Assembly: GCA_026395955.1 (NCBI GenBank)
Contig: JAPLXR010000007.1
Span: forward strand, 65,957-129,956
Length of the DNA: 64,000 bases
Origin: Candidatus Nomurabacteria bacterium
GTDB taxonomy: Bacteria; Patescibacteriota; Minisyncoccia; Phycocordibacterales; UBA9973
Direction: 5' to 3'
In this document: piece after piece, positions 35,922-45,165 of the stretch
Numbering within the stretch: position 1 is the stretch's first letter
Layout of the letters: every line of letters begins with the position of its first letter
The notes under the pieces: generated by a model
Seen by the model: the letters and a program-made list of their open reading frames with translations, nothing else
Database searches by the model: none
What the model was told of the DNA's origin: nothing
Program-made: the position numbers and the translations under genes

Positions 35922-38900
35922 ATGGGGTATGCAATAAAACGATTTCGTTTGTTGTTTATTTTTTTAACTATTTTTGTTTGCAGTTTTTATTTTTCACATC
36001 CAGTTTTTGCTTCTACAAATGTGACTGATGATATTAGTGAAAACATTACATGGAATATAGTAGGTAGCCCCTATGTCGTGCAGAACGACATTTTTATTTT
36101 TTCTGGAGCGACACTCACTATCGAGCCAGGGGTTATTGTAAAATTTGCGAATCACTCTTCATTGAATGTCGCTGGAAATATTATCGCGAATGGTACAGTT
36201 AATAATCAAATAATATTTACTTCTATTAACGACGATTCTGTCGGAGGTGATACTAATGAAGACTTAGACATGACTATTCCACAGGCTAGTGATTGGAGTG
36301 GTTTTTATTTTATTGATTCACAGAACTCTTCTTTTACTAATGTTGATTTCAGGTATGCAGCAAATATTTTCACGACTGATAATTCAGCTATTACTTTTCA
36401 GGATATAGATATGTTTATGAGTGATGCAGGAATTGTTGCTTTTGATAGTAGTCATATTACTGTCGACAATATGACAGCGCAAAATATCCGGACTGATGTA
36501 CTAGTAGCAGGGGAGCAAAGTACTATTAATGCAAATCATGTAGAAATGCAAAATATTACTCAGTATACTGTTACAGCTTTGAATGGTAGTACTATTTCTC
36601 TAGATAATTCTAGTATTAAAGATATTTCACAATTGAATGCTATCTCTATTTTGAATGACAGTATTTTTACTGCAGATCATTTAGATGTAGAGAATTTTGA
36701 AGATTATAATTCTGATATGGTGGACGTTTTTAATCATAGTAATGTGTTGTTGGACCATTCAACTTTTAAAAATTGTCCTGGTGGAGCTTGTATCACTTTT
36801 TATGATGTTGGGAATTATATTAATACTCCTTCGAGTATCACTGTCTCGCATACATTATTTGACGGAGGTATGGGTTCTGCCTTTATGAGTTTCGGTACGA
36901 GTGCAATCGTTACGAACATTTCAAATAATACGATAAAGAATTTCGACTATTTAGGAATAGAGGATTACAATACGACGACGATACATGCGGAAAATAATTA
37001 CTGGGGTGATGCGTCGGGTCCGTACAATGAGACTCAAAATCCAAATGGACTCGGCAGTGGCGTGACGGACAATGTCGATTTCATACCTTTCCTTACGACA
37101 GACCCGCTCATCGTCCGCACACCGGTTATACTCATCCCGGGGATTATGGGCTCGTATTTGGATAGGAATTTCGGTGATGATGGCGAAGTGTGGATCAATA
37201 TCAATCACATGATCACTTCTATCTCGGATGATTTTTTAAATGATTTAGCACTCCGACCAGACGGCACCGAGGACCCAGCCAAGCCTATACAAGTGGGCGA
37301 CATTATTCGCACGATTACGGCAAATGTTTTGGGCACGACACATGTGACGCATAGTTTCGATGGACTCATCGACGAGCTGGAAAGTGGTGGCTATACTGAA
37401 GGCACGGACCTTTTTGTGTTTCCATATGATTGGAGAAAAAATGACAAAGATGCAACGATTTTGCTCGACAGCAAAATCGTTGCCGTCCTCGCCCAGACCG
37501 GCGCCTCCAAAGTCGACATCGTCGCGCACAGCATGGGCGGACTCGTGGCCAAAGAATACATCGCCCAAAACGGTGCCGAGAAAATCGACAAGCTCATCTT
37601 CCTCGGCACGCCACACCTTGGCGCACCGAAAGCTTATAAAGTTTTAACTTACGGAGATGATATGGGAATAAATATTTTGTTTCATAGTATTCCTTTGTTA
37701 AACGCGAATAGAGTAAAATTTATTTCACAAAATATGCCAGGGGTTTTTGAGCTTTTACCGAGCCAGAAATATATTACAGACTTTGGACCCTATGTGACAA
37801 ATGCAAAAATTAATCATGTACAAGATTTGGATTATACGAGTACGAAAGACTTTATGAATACACAAGGTCGCAATACTGCTATTTTTACACCAGCTGAGAG
37901 TGTGCATAATGATATAGATAATTTAAATTTGTTAGGAACAGATGTGTATAATTTTGCTGGTTGTGGCAAGACGAAAACAATAGGAAAAATACGAGTGGGG
38001 AAGAAGAGAGATTGGACACACCTCGGCCTCACTTGGAAAGACGATGTGAGTATTACTTATACAAATGGGGATGAGACAGTGCCACTATCTTCGGCTACTA
38101 GTGTCGATGCTTTCAATACATACTTTGTAAAAAATATTTCCCATATGGATCTGCCTTCTGCTGATGGGTTGAAGCAAGACGTCCTCGCTATTTTATCTGG
38201 CTCTGCATTACCTAGCTCACCAGTTATTTTGTCGGATGAAGCTGACTGTACGACTTCAGGGCACACTGTGTCTGTGCATAGTCCGGCAACTCTCGATATT
38301 TATGATAGCTTAGGGAATCACACAGGATTGAATGCTGATGGTGATATTGAATACGGTATCCCTGCAGTGAGTTACGATATTTTTGATGATGTGAAATATG
38401 CATTCCTACCAGATGGCCAAGATTATAAAATAGTGAATCATGCTACTGACACAGGAGGATATAGTTTAGCCATAGATGATGTAGCGAGTAATGACGAAGT
38501 CACAAATACTTTTTCTTGGAACCTCGTACCATTTCAGACTTTGAATACAAGTGCAGAGATAAATATCGGTCCTAGTTTTCCTGAAAATGAATATGTATTA
38601 AAAGCCGATGAAAATGGTGATGGAACTTTCGAGAAAAATTTCCCTGTGAATTTCGATGGTACGAGCCTAGCCGAAAAGGCAGAAGAAAAACCGCATCATT
38701 CTAGCGGTGGCAGTATTCTGGTAATTCTCGACAGGAAAGATGATAATAAAAAAGAAGAAACAGAAGTTAAAAATATTCCTGAATTAGAAATGTCGGACCT
38801 TGAGAATTTGGATATTAAAGGTCCAACCTTGAAGAGTTCTGTATTTAAAAGGTCGTTCCTTAAAGGTACCCAAGGTGCGACCTTAAAGCATTTGAGTCCT

Positions 38901-39017
38901 GATCCTGTATCTCAAACAGCTTCCGCTATAAATTCAGACTTCAATATCAAGAATATACTCACAATCCTTTCTGTTTGCATTTTAGCTTTTATTATAGGAA
39001 GAAAATTGTTAAAATAG
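35922..39017 (+). CDS. Large surface protein: parallel beta-helix + LCAT/phospholipase-type alpha/beta hydrolase + C-terminal TM
   Basis: Signal peptide; LTIEPGV.VKF beta-helix start; VILIPGIMGS, FPYDWR, AHSMGG, GTPHLG, GDETVP. Confidence 0.85.
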   Translation: MGYAIKRFRLLFIFLTIFVCSFYFSHPVFASTNVTDDISENITWNIVGSPYVVQNDIFIFSGATLTIEPGVIVKFANHSSLNVAGNIIANGTVNNQIIFTSINDDSVGGDTNEDLDMTIPQASDWSGFYFIDSQNSSFTNVDFRYAANIFTTDNSAITFQDIDMFMSDAGIVAFDSSHITVDNMTAQNIRTDVLVAGEQSTINANHVEMQNITQYTVTALNGSTISLDNSSIKDISQLNAISILNDSIFTADHLDVENFEDYNSDMVDVFNHSNVLLDHSTFKNCPGGACITFYDVGNYINTPSSITVSHTLFDGGMGSAFMSFGTSAIVTNISNNTIKNFDYLGIEDYNTTTIHAENNYWGDASGPYNETQNPNGLGSGVTDNVDFIPFLTTDPLIVRTPVILIPGIMGSYLDRNFGDDGEVWININHMITSISDDFLNDLALRPDGTEDPAKPIQVGDIIRTITANVLGTTHVTHSFDGLIDELESGGYTEGTDLFVFPYDWRKNDKDATILLDSKIVAVLAQTGASKVDIVAHSMGGLVAKEYIAQNGAEKIDKLIFLGTPHLGAPKAYKVLTYGDDMGINILFHSIPLLNANRVKFISQNMPGVFELLPSQKYITDFGPYVTNAKINHVQDLDYTSTKDFMNTQGRNTAIFTPAESVHNDIDNLNLLGTDVYNFAGCGKTKTIGKIRVGKKRDWTHLGLTWKDDVSITYTNGDETVPLSSATSVDAFNTYFVKNISHMDLPSADGLKQDVLAILSGSALPSSPVILSDEADCTTSGHTVSVHSPATLDIYDSLGNHTGLNADGDIEYGIPAVSYDIFDDVKYAFLPDGQDYKIVNHATDTGGYSLAIDDVASNDEVTNTFSWNLVPFQTLNTSAEINIGPSFPENEYVLKADENGDGTFEKNFPVNFDGTSLAEKAEEKPHHSSGGSILVILDRKDDNKKEETEVKNIPELEMSDLENLDIKGPTLKSSVFKRSFLKGTQGATLKHLSPDPVSQTASAINSDFNIKNILTILSVCILAFIIGRKLLK

Positions 39018-39028
39018 ATATAACTTGT

Positions 39029-39093
39029 CCCGTTAGAAAATCAGCGGGCATAAGTAAATCACTGAAGTTTTATTAATTAAATTTTCTAACGGG
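39029..39093. repeat. MITE-like element with 13-bp terminal inverted repeats
   Basis: cccgttagaaaat ... attttctaacggg. Confidence 0.65.
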
Positions 39094-39429
39094 ATGATTA
39101 ATTGGATTCAAAAAACTTTTCATACAGATAAATGGTGGGGGAAGGCTATTTTTATGCTTTTAACTTACACTATTTATTGGTGTGTGTTTTATGGAAGTTT
39201 GTCTTTAATTTCTGAAGACGCATTTGTAGGCAATGATTATGCTGGTATTATTTTGATTTCCTACGTATTTATTTTTGTTCCAGTTGTTAGTTTTTTATTA
39301 ATGAATTCTATAAAAAAATTTATAAATATTAGACACCCATATTTATTAAATATAGTATTTTTAATACTCTCTTTAGTTTTGTTTTTTTACATTGATTTAA
39401 TAAAATCAATGCCTCACTGGCTTAGTTAA
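39094..39429 (+). CDS. Three-TM hypothetical membrane protein
   Basis: Hydrophobic 111-aa ORF. Confidence 0.65.
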   Translation: MINWIQKTFHTDKWWGKAIFMLLTYTIYWCVFYGSLSLISEDAFVGNDYAGIILISYVFIFVPVVSFLLMNSIKKFINIRHPYLLNIVFLILSLVLFFYIDLIKSMPHWLS

Positions 39430-39432
39430 ACA

Positions 39433-39714
39433 ATGAAAAAGAATTTTAATATACAGGCGAAGGTGTGGCGATGGCCAGGGGATGGGGGCTGGCATTTTGT
39501 GAATCTCGATCAAAAAGTCTCTAAATAAATTCGAGATGTGTATACTCGTGGTTTTGTAAAAGTATCTGCCATTATCGGACGCACGTCTTGGGATGCGTCA
39601 CTCTTGCCGAGTAAAAGGGACGCCAGCTATCTGCTCTGTGTCAAAAAACTCGTCCGCCAAAAAGAAGGAATTTTTGACGGCGATATGGTTAAAATTAAAT
39701 TTAAGATAAAGTAG
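39433..39714 (+). pseudogene. DUF1905 family protein with in-frame TAA at 39526
   Basis: MKKNFNIQAKVWRWPGDGGWHFV...SK*IRD...GFVKVSAIIGRTSWDASLLP..YLLCVKK.VR.KEG..DGD.V. Confidence 0.75.
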
Positions 39715-39724
39715 TTTTCCACAC

Positions 39725-39753
39725 TTGCTTGTGAACGATTGTTCACTTATAAT
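39725..39753 (+). promoter_or_regulatory. Promoter with palindromic operator in the spacer, upstream of the RM operon
   Basis: TTGCTT-17-TATAAT; spacer contains gtgaac-gatt-gttcac. Confidence 0.55.
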
Positions 39754-39819
39754 ATGGTTGTGAGTGAAAGGTTTAAATTGTTAGGAAAATGATTTAAAAT
39801 AAGGTAAAATTTAAAGGAT

Positions 39820-40983
39820 ATGAAATTAAAAGATACAGTTGATACAATTAAAATTTTTCCAAGTCATCCATTTCAAGACAAACTTTTTGAAGTTCTTGAA
39901 AGTGAAAGATTTAATTATGATATTGTTGCAGAAAAAATAAAAGAAACTTATTTATATACTCCACAACTAAAAGAAAATCGTTTTCAATTACAAAATAGAA
40001 GATATATAGGTTCAAAACATAAACTTATAGAATGGATCTTTTCTGTTATTAATAAAGAATGTAGAGGGACTTCTTTTGCTGATATTTTTGCTGGTACTGG
40101 AATTGTTTCTGCTATTGCAGCTAAGCATTTTGAAAAAATAACTATTAATGATTTTTTATACTCAAACTACGTAACTTATCAAGCCTTTTTTAGTAATAAT
40201 GATTGGGATTCTAATAAGATAGAAGGACTGATTAATTATTACAATAATATTGATGTTTTAAATTTGAAAGAAAATTACTTTTCTAAAAATTTTGGTGGAA
40301 AGTATTTTAGTCAAAAATCAGCAAAAATAATAGGATTTATAAGAGATAATATTGAAGAAATTAAGAAAACTCTTACAGATAGAGAATATTATATTTTACT
40401 TTCATCCTTACTTTATTCAATAGATAAGATTGCTAATACAGTTGGGCACTATGATGCATACTTTAAAAAAGATTCGTTGGAAGATAGGTTTATTTTAAAA
40501 TTAATAGACCCAATTAAGGTTGCTGATATTTCTATCTTTAAAGAAGATGCTAATATTCTAGTAAAGAAAATTAAAACAGATATTGCTTATATAGATCCAC
40601 CATATAATTCTAGACAATATAGTAGATTTTATCATGTTTTAGAAACTTTGATTAAATGGGATAAACCACTTTTGCATGGTGTTGCATTAAAACCTGAACC
40701 AGAAAATATGAGTGATTACTGTCGTGTGAGTGCAAGAGAAAAATTTGCAGAATTAATAAAAGACATAGATGCAAAGTATTTAGTTGTTTCCTATAATAAT
40801 ACTTATGATTCAAAAAGTCATTCTTCTCAAAATAAGATTAATTTACAAGAAATAAAAGATATTTTAAACCAAAAAGGTAAGACTAAAGTTTTTGAAAAAG
40901 ATTATAGACATTTTAATGCTGGTAATACAGATTTTAATAATCACAAAGAATATCTTTTTGTTACTGAAGTAAATCATGTCTAA
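39820..40983 (+). CDS. DNA adenine methyltransferase (D12 class), RM MTase 1
   Basis: RRYIGSK, DIFAGTG, YIDPPY. Confidence 0.92.
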   Translation: MKLKDTVDTIKIFPSHPFQDKLFEVLESERFNYDIVAEKIKETYLYTPQLKENRFQLQNRRYIGSKHKLIEWIFSVINKECRGTSFADIFAGTGIVSAIAAKHFEKITINDFLYSNYVTYQAFFSNNDWDSNKIEGLINYYNNIDVLNLKENYFSKNFGGKYFSQKSAKIIGFIRDNIEEIKKTLTDREYYILLSSLLYSIDKIANTVGHYDAYFKKDSLEDRFILKLIDPIKVADISIFKEDANILVKKIKTDIAYIDPPYNSRQYSRFYHVLETLIKWDKPLLHGVALKPEPENMSDYCRVSAREKFAELIKDIDAKYLVVSYNNTYDSKSHSSQNKINLQEIKDILNQKGKTKVFEKDYRHFNAGNTDFNNHKEYLFVTEVNHV

Positions 40984-41887
40984 AAAAATTAAAAGATCAC
41001 CTTTATTTTATGTTGGTGATAAATATAAGTTAATGAGTCAAATATCTGAGCTTTTTCCTATAAAAATTAATAATTTTTATGAGCCATTTACTGGTGGAGG
41101 AACAGTTTTTTTGAATATAGAAGCAAATAACTATTATTTAAATGATATTGATAAAAATTTAATTGATATTCATAATTTTTTAATGAAAAGTTCAAGTAAT
41201 TCAAAAAAGTTTTTCAGAAATGTTGGAAACATAATAAAACAATTTAATTTATCAAAATCTTATGAAAAAGACATTATCTCTGTTTCTTTAAGAAAAACTT
41301 GGTTAAAAACATACTTTGCAAAATTTAATAAAGTTGGGTATGAAAAAATAAAAAAAATAGTAAATTTAAGTAAAAAAAAAGACCCCTTAATGCTATACAT
41401 ATTACTTATATATGGTTTTAACAGAATGCTACGTTTTAATAGTAGCGGTGACTTTAACTTACCTGTTGGGAATGTTGATTTTAATAAAAATGTTTTTAAG
41501 GCATTAAATGAATATTTTGACTTTGTGAAAAATAAAAAGATATATTTTACCTCTTTAGATTTTAAGGAGTTTTTTATGAAGAAAAATTATAAAAAAGATG
41601 ATTTTGTTTATTTAGATCCTCCTTATCTAATAACATCAAGTGAATATAATAAATTATGGAACAGTAAATCAGAATCTGATTTACTTGAAACTATTGATCA
41701 ATTAGATAAAAAAGGAGTTAAATTTGCACTATCTAATGTAACTCATTATAATGGCCGCAAAAATAATTTTTTGATAAAATGGATGAAAAAGTATAAAGTA
41801 CATAAAGTAACTAGCAATTATATTAGTTATCATAATAATTCAACTAAAAATATTAAAGAAGTTTTAATAACAAATTATGACAAATAA
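40976..41887 (+). CDS. Dam-like DNA adenine methyltransferase, RM MTase 2
   Basis: SPLFYVGDK, EPFTGGG, YLDPPY, EVLITNY. Confidence 0.92.
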   Translation: MSKKIKRSPLFYVGDKYKLMSQISELFPIKINNFYEPFTGGGTVFLNIEANNYYLNDIDKNLIDIHNFLMKSSSNSKKFFRNVGNIIKQFNLSKSYEKDIISVSLRKTWLKTYFAKFNKVGYEKIKKIVNLSKKKDPLMLYILLIYGFNRMLRFNSSGDFNLPVGNVDFNKNVFKALNEYFDFVKNKKIYFTSLDFKEFFMKKNYKKDDFVYLDPPYLITSSEYNKLWNSKSESDLLETIDQLDKKGVKFALSNVTHYNGRKNNFLIKWMKKYKVHKVTSNYISYHNNSTKNIKEVLITNYDK

Positions 41888-43454
41888 AGGCAAAAAAAGA
41901 AGATCAGAATATAAGCAAGTACAGTTTGAAACTGCTGTAAGAAATCCAGACAGGTATATATCTATACTTCGTTCGATAAAGAATTATGATGGTTGCATTT
42001 TAAATGATGATATCCTGTTGGAAATTGTATCTAATTTATATTTATTGGGTGAATTTTCTAGTGACGAGATAAATATTTCTGAAAATACAAATTTAAAAGA
42101 CATTACTGATTTAGTTATCAAAGTAAACTCCACAAGAAATGGTGATGGAGGTTTTCCTAAAGGGTATGCTTCTCGTTTTTGGACTTATATGAGAACACCT
42201 TCAGAGCTTGGAATGATTTACGCTCGTTATAATGAACCACTTTTATTTTCTGAAGTATCTAAAATGCTTTTAGCTGGTGTTATTGATGAACAAGAGGCTT
42301 TTTCTGTTCAAGAAATGAAATGTAACAGAAGATCACCATATAAAAATGTTAGTAATGATTTTAATTTTTTTAAATTAGTTTTAAATACATTATCATATTT
42401 ACATGATAAAGGTAAGCAGCTTAGTTTTGAACAATTTATTGTTCTAATGTTCAACCAAAGTGGAAATATAAATGAAACAATTGAACTGCTTTTAGAGAAT
42501 AAATTCCCAACTGAAGAAAGTGTCTATAATTTTGTAAACGAACACTACTCAAATACTCTTAAACCTAGTACTGTATTAAGAGACTACCCTGATGTCACAA
42601 GAAGACTAATGATAATTTCTGGTTTTATAACTATAAAATATAAAGGTATCAAATTTATAGAAATAAATGAAGATAAGTTAGATTACATAAAAGAATTATT
42701 ATCTGTTGAGTTTTCTTTAACAGAAGATGAAAAGATAGATGCTAAAAAGTACTTTTTAAAATTAGGGACATTTGACGATAAATATTTTAATATCGTAAAG
42801 AAATATAGAGTAATTGATAAAATAGACGGAAAAGGATATACAAATAAACTTGTTTCTTTAATTAAAGAGTATAGAATAACTGAAAATAATATTATAGAAG
42901 GAATACATAAAATTTATGAAAGAAATAATCCAATACACCCTGAATTTGATATAATACCTCCACCTCTTAGGCTAGAATTTTTCCTGTCTATTTTAATAGT
43001 ACTAAAATATGAAAAAGAATTTAATATAAGGCCAAATTATAAGGCTGATCATTTAGGTAAGCCATATTCTCATGCACCAGGTAATAACGGAGACATTGAT
43101 ATATATTCTAATGAAATATATTGGTTACTTGAGGTTACCCTTATCCGTACAAAACAACAGTTGCTTAATAATGAAACAAGCACTCTTATAAGACATCTAA
43201 ATGAAACTGAAGAATTTAAAAATTACCAAAAGAAATATTTATCATTAGTAGCACCAATAATACATCAAGATACAGAAAATTATTTTCGTATTTCTTTAAT
43301 TGATAATCAAATGTTAGATAAAAAACTTAGCATAAAGCCATATAATATAATCAATTTTATTGATGTTACTTTAAAAAAGAACAATTTTTTTGATATGGAA
43401 AGCCATTCAAGTAGAATCTTTGAAGATTTTAAATCCAAAATTAATTTAAATTAG
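41877..43454 (+). CDS. AlwI-family type IIS restriction endonuclease
   Basis: TAVRNP.R N-terminus, P..HAPG..GDI...LEVTL catalytic region; overlaps the second MTase. Confidence 0.8.
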   Translation: MTNKGKKRRSEYKQVQFETAVRNPDRYISILRSIKNYDGCILNDDILLEIVSNLYLLGEFSSDEINISENTNLKDITDLVIKVNSTRNGDGGFPKGYASRFWTYMRTPSELGMIYARYNEPLLFSEVSKMLLAGVIDEQEAFSVQEMKCNRRSPYKNVSNDFNFFKLVLNTLSYLHDKGKQLSFEQFIVLMFNQSGNINETIELLLENKFPTEESVYNFVNEHYSNTLKPSTVLRDYPDVTRRLMIISGFITIKYKGIKFIEINEDKLDYIKELLSVEFSLTEDEKIDAKKYFLKLGTFDDKYFNIVKKYRVIDKIDGKGYTNKLVSLIKEYRITENNIIEGIHKIYERNNPIHPEFDIIPPPLRLEFFLSILIVLKYEKEFNIRPNYKADHLGKPYSHAPGNNGDIDIYSNEIYWLLEVTLIRTKQQLLNNETSTLIRHLNETEEFKNYQKKYLSLVAPIIHQDTENYFRISLIDNQMLDKKLSIKPYNIINFIDVTLKKNNFFDMESHSSRIFEDFKSKINLN

Positions 43455-43497
43455 TTTTGATAGTTTTTCTTTTTAGTTAGGAGTATTATTAATAAAT

Positions 43498-44235
43498 ATG
43501 AATACATTTAAACAAGCAGCAGTTGAAATATTAAAAAAATCAAAAGAACCATTACATTATAGTGAAATAACTAGATTGGCCTTAGAATCAGGTATTTTAG
43601 AAACCGAAGGTGCTACACCTGAGGCTTCAATGATTGCTCAGATTACAGTTGATATTAAAAATAAAAAAAGTGGTTCAGATTTTGTTAAAACTGCTCCTGG
43701 TGTTTTTGCTTTAAATAAAAATAAAAAAGAAATAAAACAAACAGTTAAAATAATCGAAGCAGAAAAAGAAGAAGAAGAAAAGATAATAGTAGAAGGAGGG
43801 TATACAGGAAAGGCAGGCGAACATTTGGTTTGTAGTGAATTAATCTTTCGTGGTTTCAATGCAAGTATAATGAGTGTAGATGTAGGGATGGATATTGTTG
43901 CTGTAAAAGAAAATCAGTTATATGGAATTCAAGTTAAGACATCAAATCTTAATAAATTTGACACATATATTTTTGATGTAAGAAAGGTCTCTTTTGAGAG
44001 ACATAGTACAAGTAATATTTATTATATATTTGTTTTACATAGTCTTACAAAAAATAATTATTTAATTCTACCATTTCACGAAATGGAGAAAAAAATGCAC
44101 GATGGTGCAATATTAGAAATATTAAATGGTAAAAAATATAGAGTAAATATTAAGTTTAGAAATGACAAAGTTTATTTAGGAACTATGAATCATGAAATGG
44201 GTTATTTTTTAAATAATTGGAGTATTATAAAATAA
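43498..44235 (+). CDS. HARE-HTH domain fused to PD-(D/E)XK nuclease
   Basis: AA.EIL....PLHY.EI...G.TPEAS...PG.F.L; GE..V..EL, D.G.D...IQVKT. Confidence 0.8.
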   Translation: MNTFKQAAVEILKKSKEPLHYSEITRLALESGILETEGATPEASMIAQITVDIKNKKSGSDFVKTAPGVFALNKNKKEIKQTVKIIEAEKEEEEKIIVEGGYTGKAGEHLVCSELIFRGFNASIMSVDVGMDIVAVKENQLYGIQVKTSNLNKFDTYIFDVRKVSFERHSTSNIYYIFVLHSLTKNNYLILPFHEMEKKMHDGAILEILNGKKYRVNIKFRNDKVYLGTMNHEMGYFLNNWSIIK

Positions 44236-44242
44236 ATTATTA

Positions 44243-44506
44243 ATGACAAACAAATACGAACAAAAAGCCGAAATAGAAATAGATTTACATGGATATACAA
44301 TGCTTGAAGCAGGGGAGGTTTTGGATGCTTTGTTTAGAGAGATGAAATACAAACATGTCCGCATCATCACTGGTAAAGGCAAGAATAGTGAGAATGGTCC
44401 CGTCTTGCCGAACTTTGTGCGAAACTATTTGAATTCCCGCGGGGTACATTACAATCAATCCAAACTTCAATCCGGCGGCTCCGGCGCCCTCGAAGTTTTC
44501 CTTTAG
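44243..44506 (+). CDS. Smr domain protein
   Basis: IDLHG, IITGKG, GG.GAL.V. Confidence 0.9.
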   Translation: MTNKYEQKAEIEIDLHGYTMLEAGEVLDALFREMKYKHVRIITGKGKNSENGPVLPNFVRNYLNSRGVHYNQSKLQSGGSGALEVFL

Positions 44507-44507
44507 T

Positions 44508-44891
44508 TAACATCCTTACATACTGGAGTTTGTCAGTATGTCGTAATATAATATAAATATGACAAAATTAAAAACTGCAAAACAAATGGAGCGACACTTG
44601 AAAGGCATGTCAAACCATCATCGTATTGAGATTTTATTATTAATAGGAAAACAAAATGGTATCACTCTCGATCAGATTATTAATTCACTCGATGCTAACC
44701 CAAAGACAATAGGTGAGCATACTCGTCGTCTATGTGTCGCTGGTTTGGTAAATAAAAAGTACAAAGGCCGATTTGTAGAGCATTCATTGTCTCCATATGG
44801 AAAGACTTTTTATAATTTTCTCAAAGCATTTCAAAACCTCGCTCAATAACTTTAATAACATCCTTACATACTGGAGTTTGTAAGGATGTTG
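44508..44891. repeat. Pair of palindromic direct repeats flanking the HTH gene
   Basis: taacatccttacatactggagtttgt identical at 44508 and 44856. Confidence 0.8.
44559..44849 (+). CDS. ArsR-like winged-HTH protein
   Basis: K..SN.HRIEIL, EH.RRL..AGLV. Confidence 0.8.
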   Translation: MTKLKTAKQMERHLKGMSNHHRIEILLLIGKQNGITLDQIINSLDANPKTIGEHTRRLCVAGLVNKKYKGRFVEHSLSPYGKTFYNFLKAFQNLAQ

Positions 44892-44901
44892 AAATTACAT
44901 A

Positions 44902-45153
44902 ATGTATTATTTATATATTTTAAAATGTGCGGATCAGAGTTTGTATACTGGTATCACGACGGATCTGAAACGTCGGGTAGCGGAGCATAATGGTGAGAAG
45001 GGAAATAAACTCGGTGCGAAGTATACGAGCAGTCGCCGTCCGGTGGAGGTGGTGTATTCGAGGAGGTTTAAGAATCGGTCGAATGCGAGTAAAGAAGAAT
45101 CTAGAATTAAAAGTTTGAATAGGGAAGAGAAACTGAAACTTATCAAAGCATGA
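44902..45153 (+). CDS. GIY-YIG nuclease (UPF0213)
   Basis: YLYILKCAD.SLYTGITTDL.RR..EHN..GAKYT..RRP. Confidence 0.92.
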   Translation: MYYLYILKCADQSLYTGITTDLKRRVAEHNGEKGNKLGAKYTSSRRPVEVVYSRRFKNRSNASKEESRIKSLNREEKLKLIKA

Positions 45154-45165
45154 TAAAATACGTAA

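Noticed and set aside
39526-39528. Stop-codon reassignment suggested by the in-frame TAA in DUF1905
   Set aside because: TAA, TAG and TGA all terminate conserved genes in this window; a single nonsense change or base error is simpler
44508-44891. Possible CRISPR array
   Set aside because: Only two copies, separated by a whole gene; no cas genes and no regular spacers
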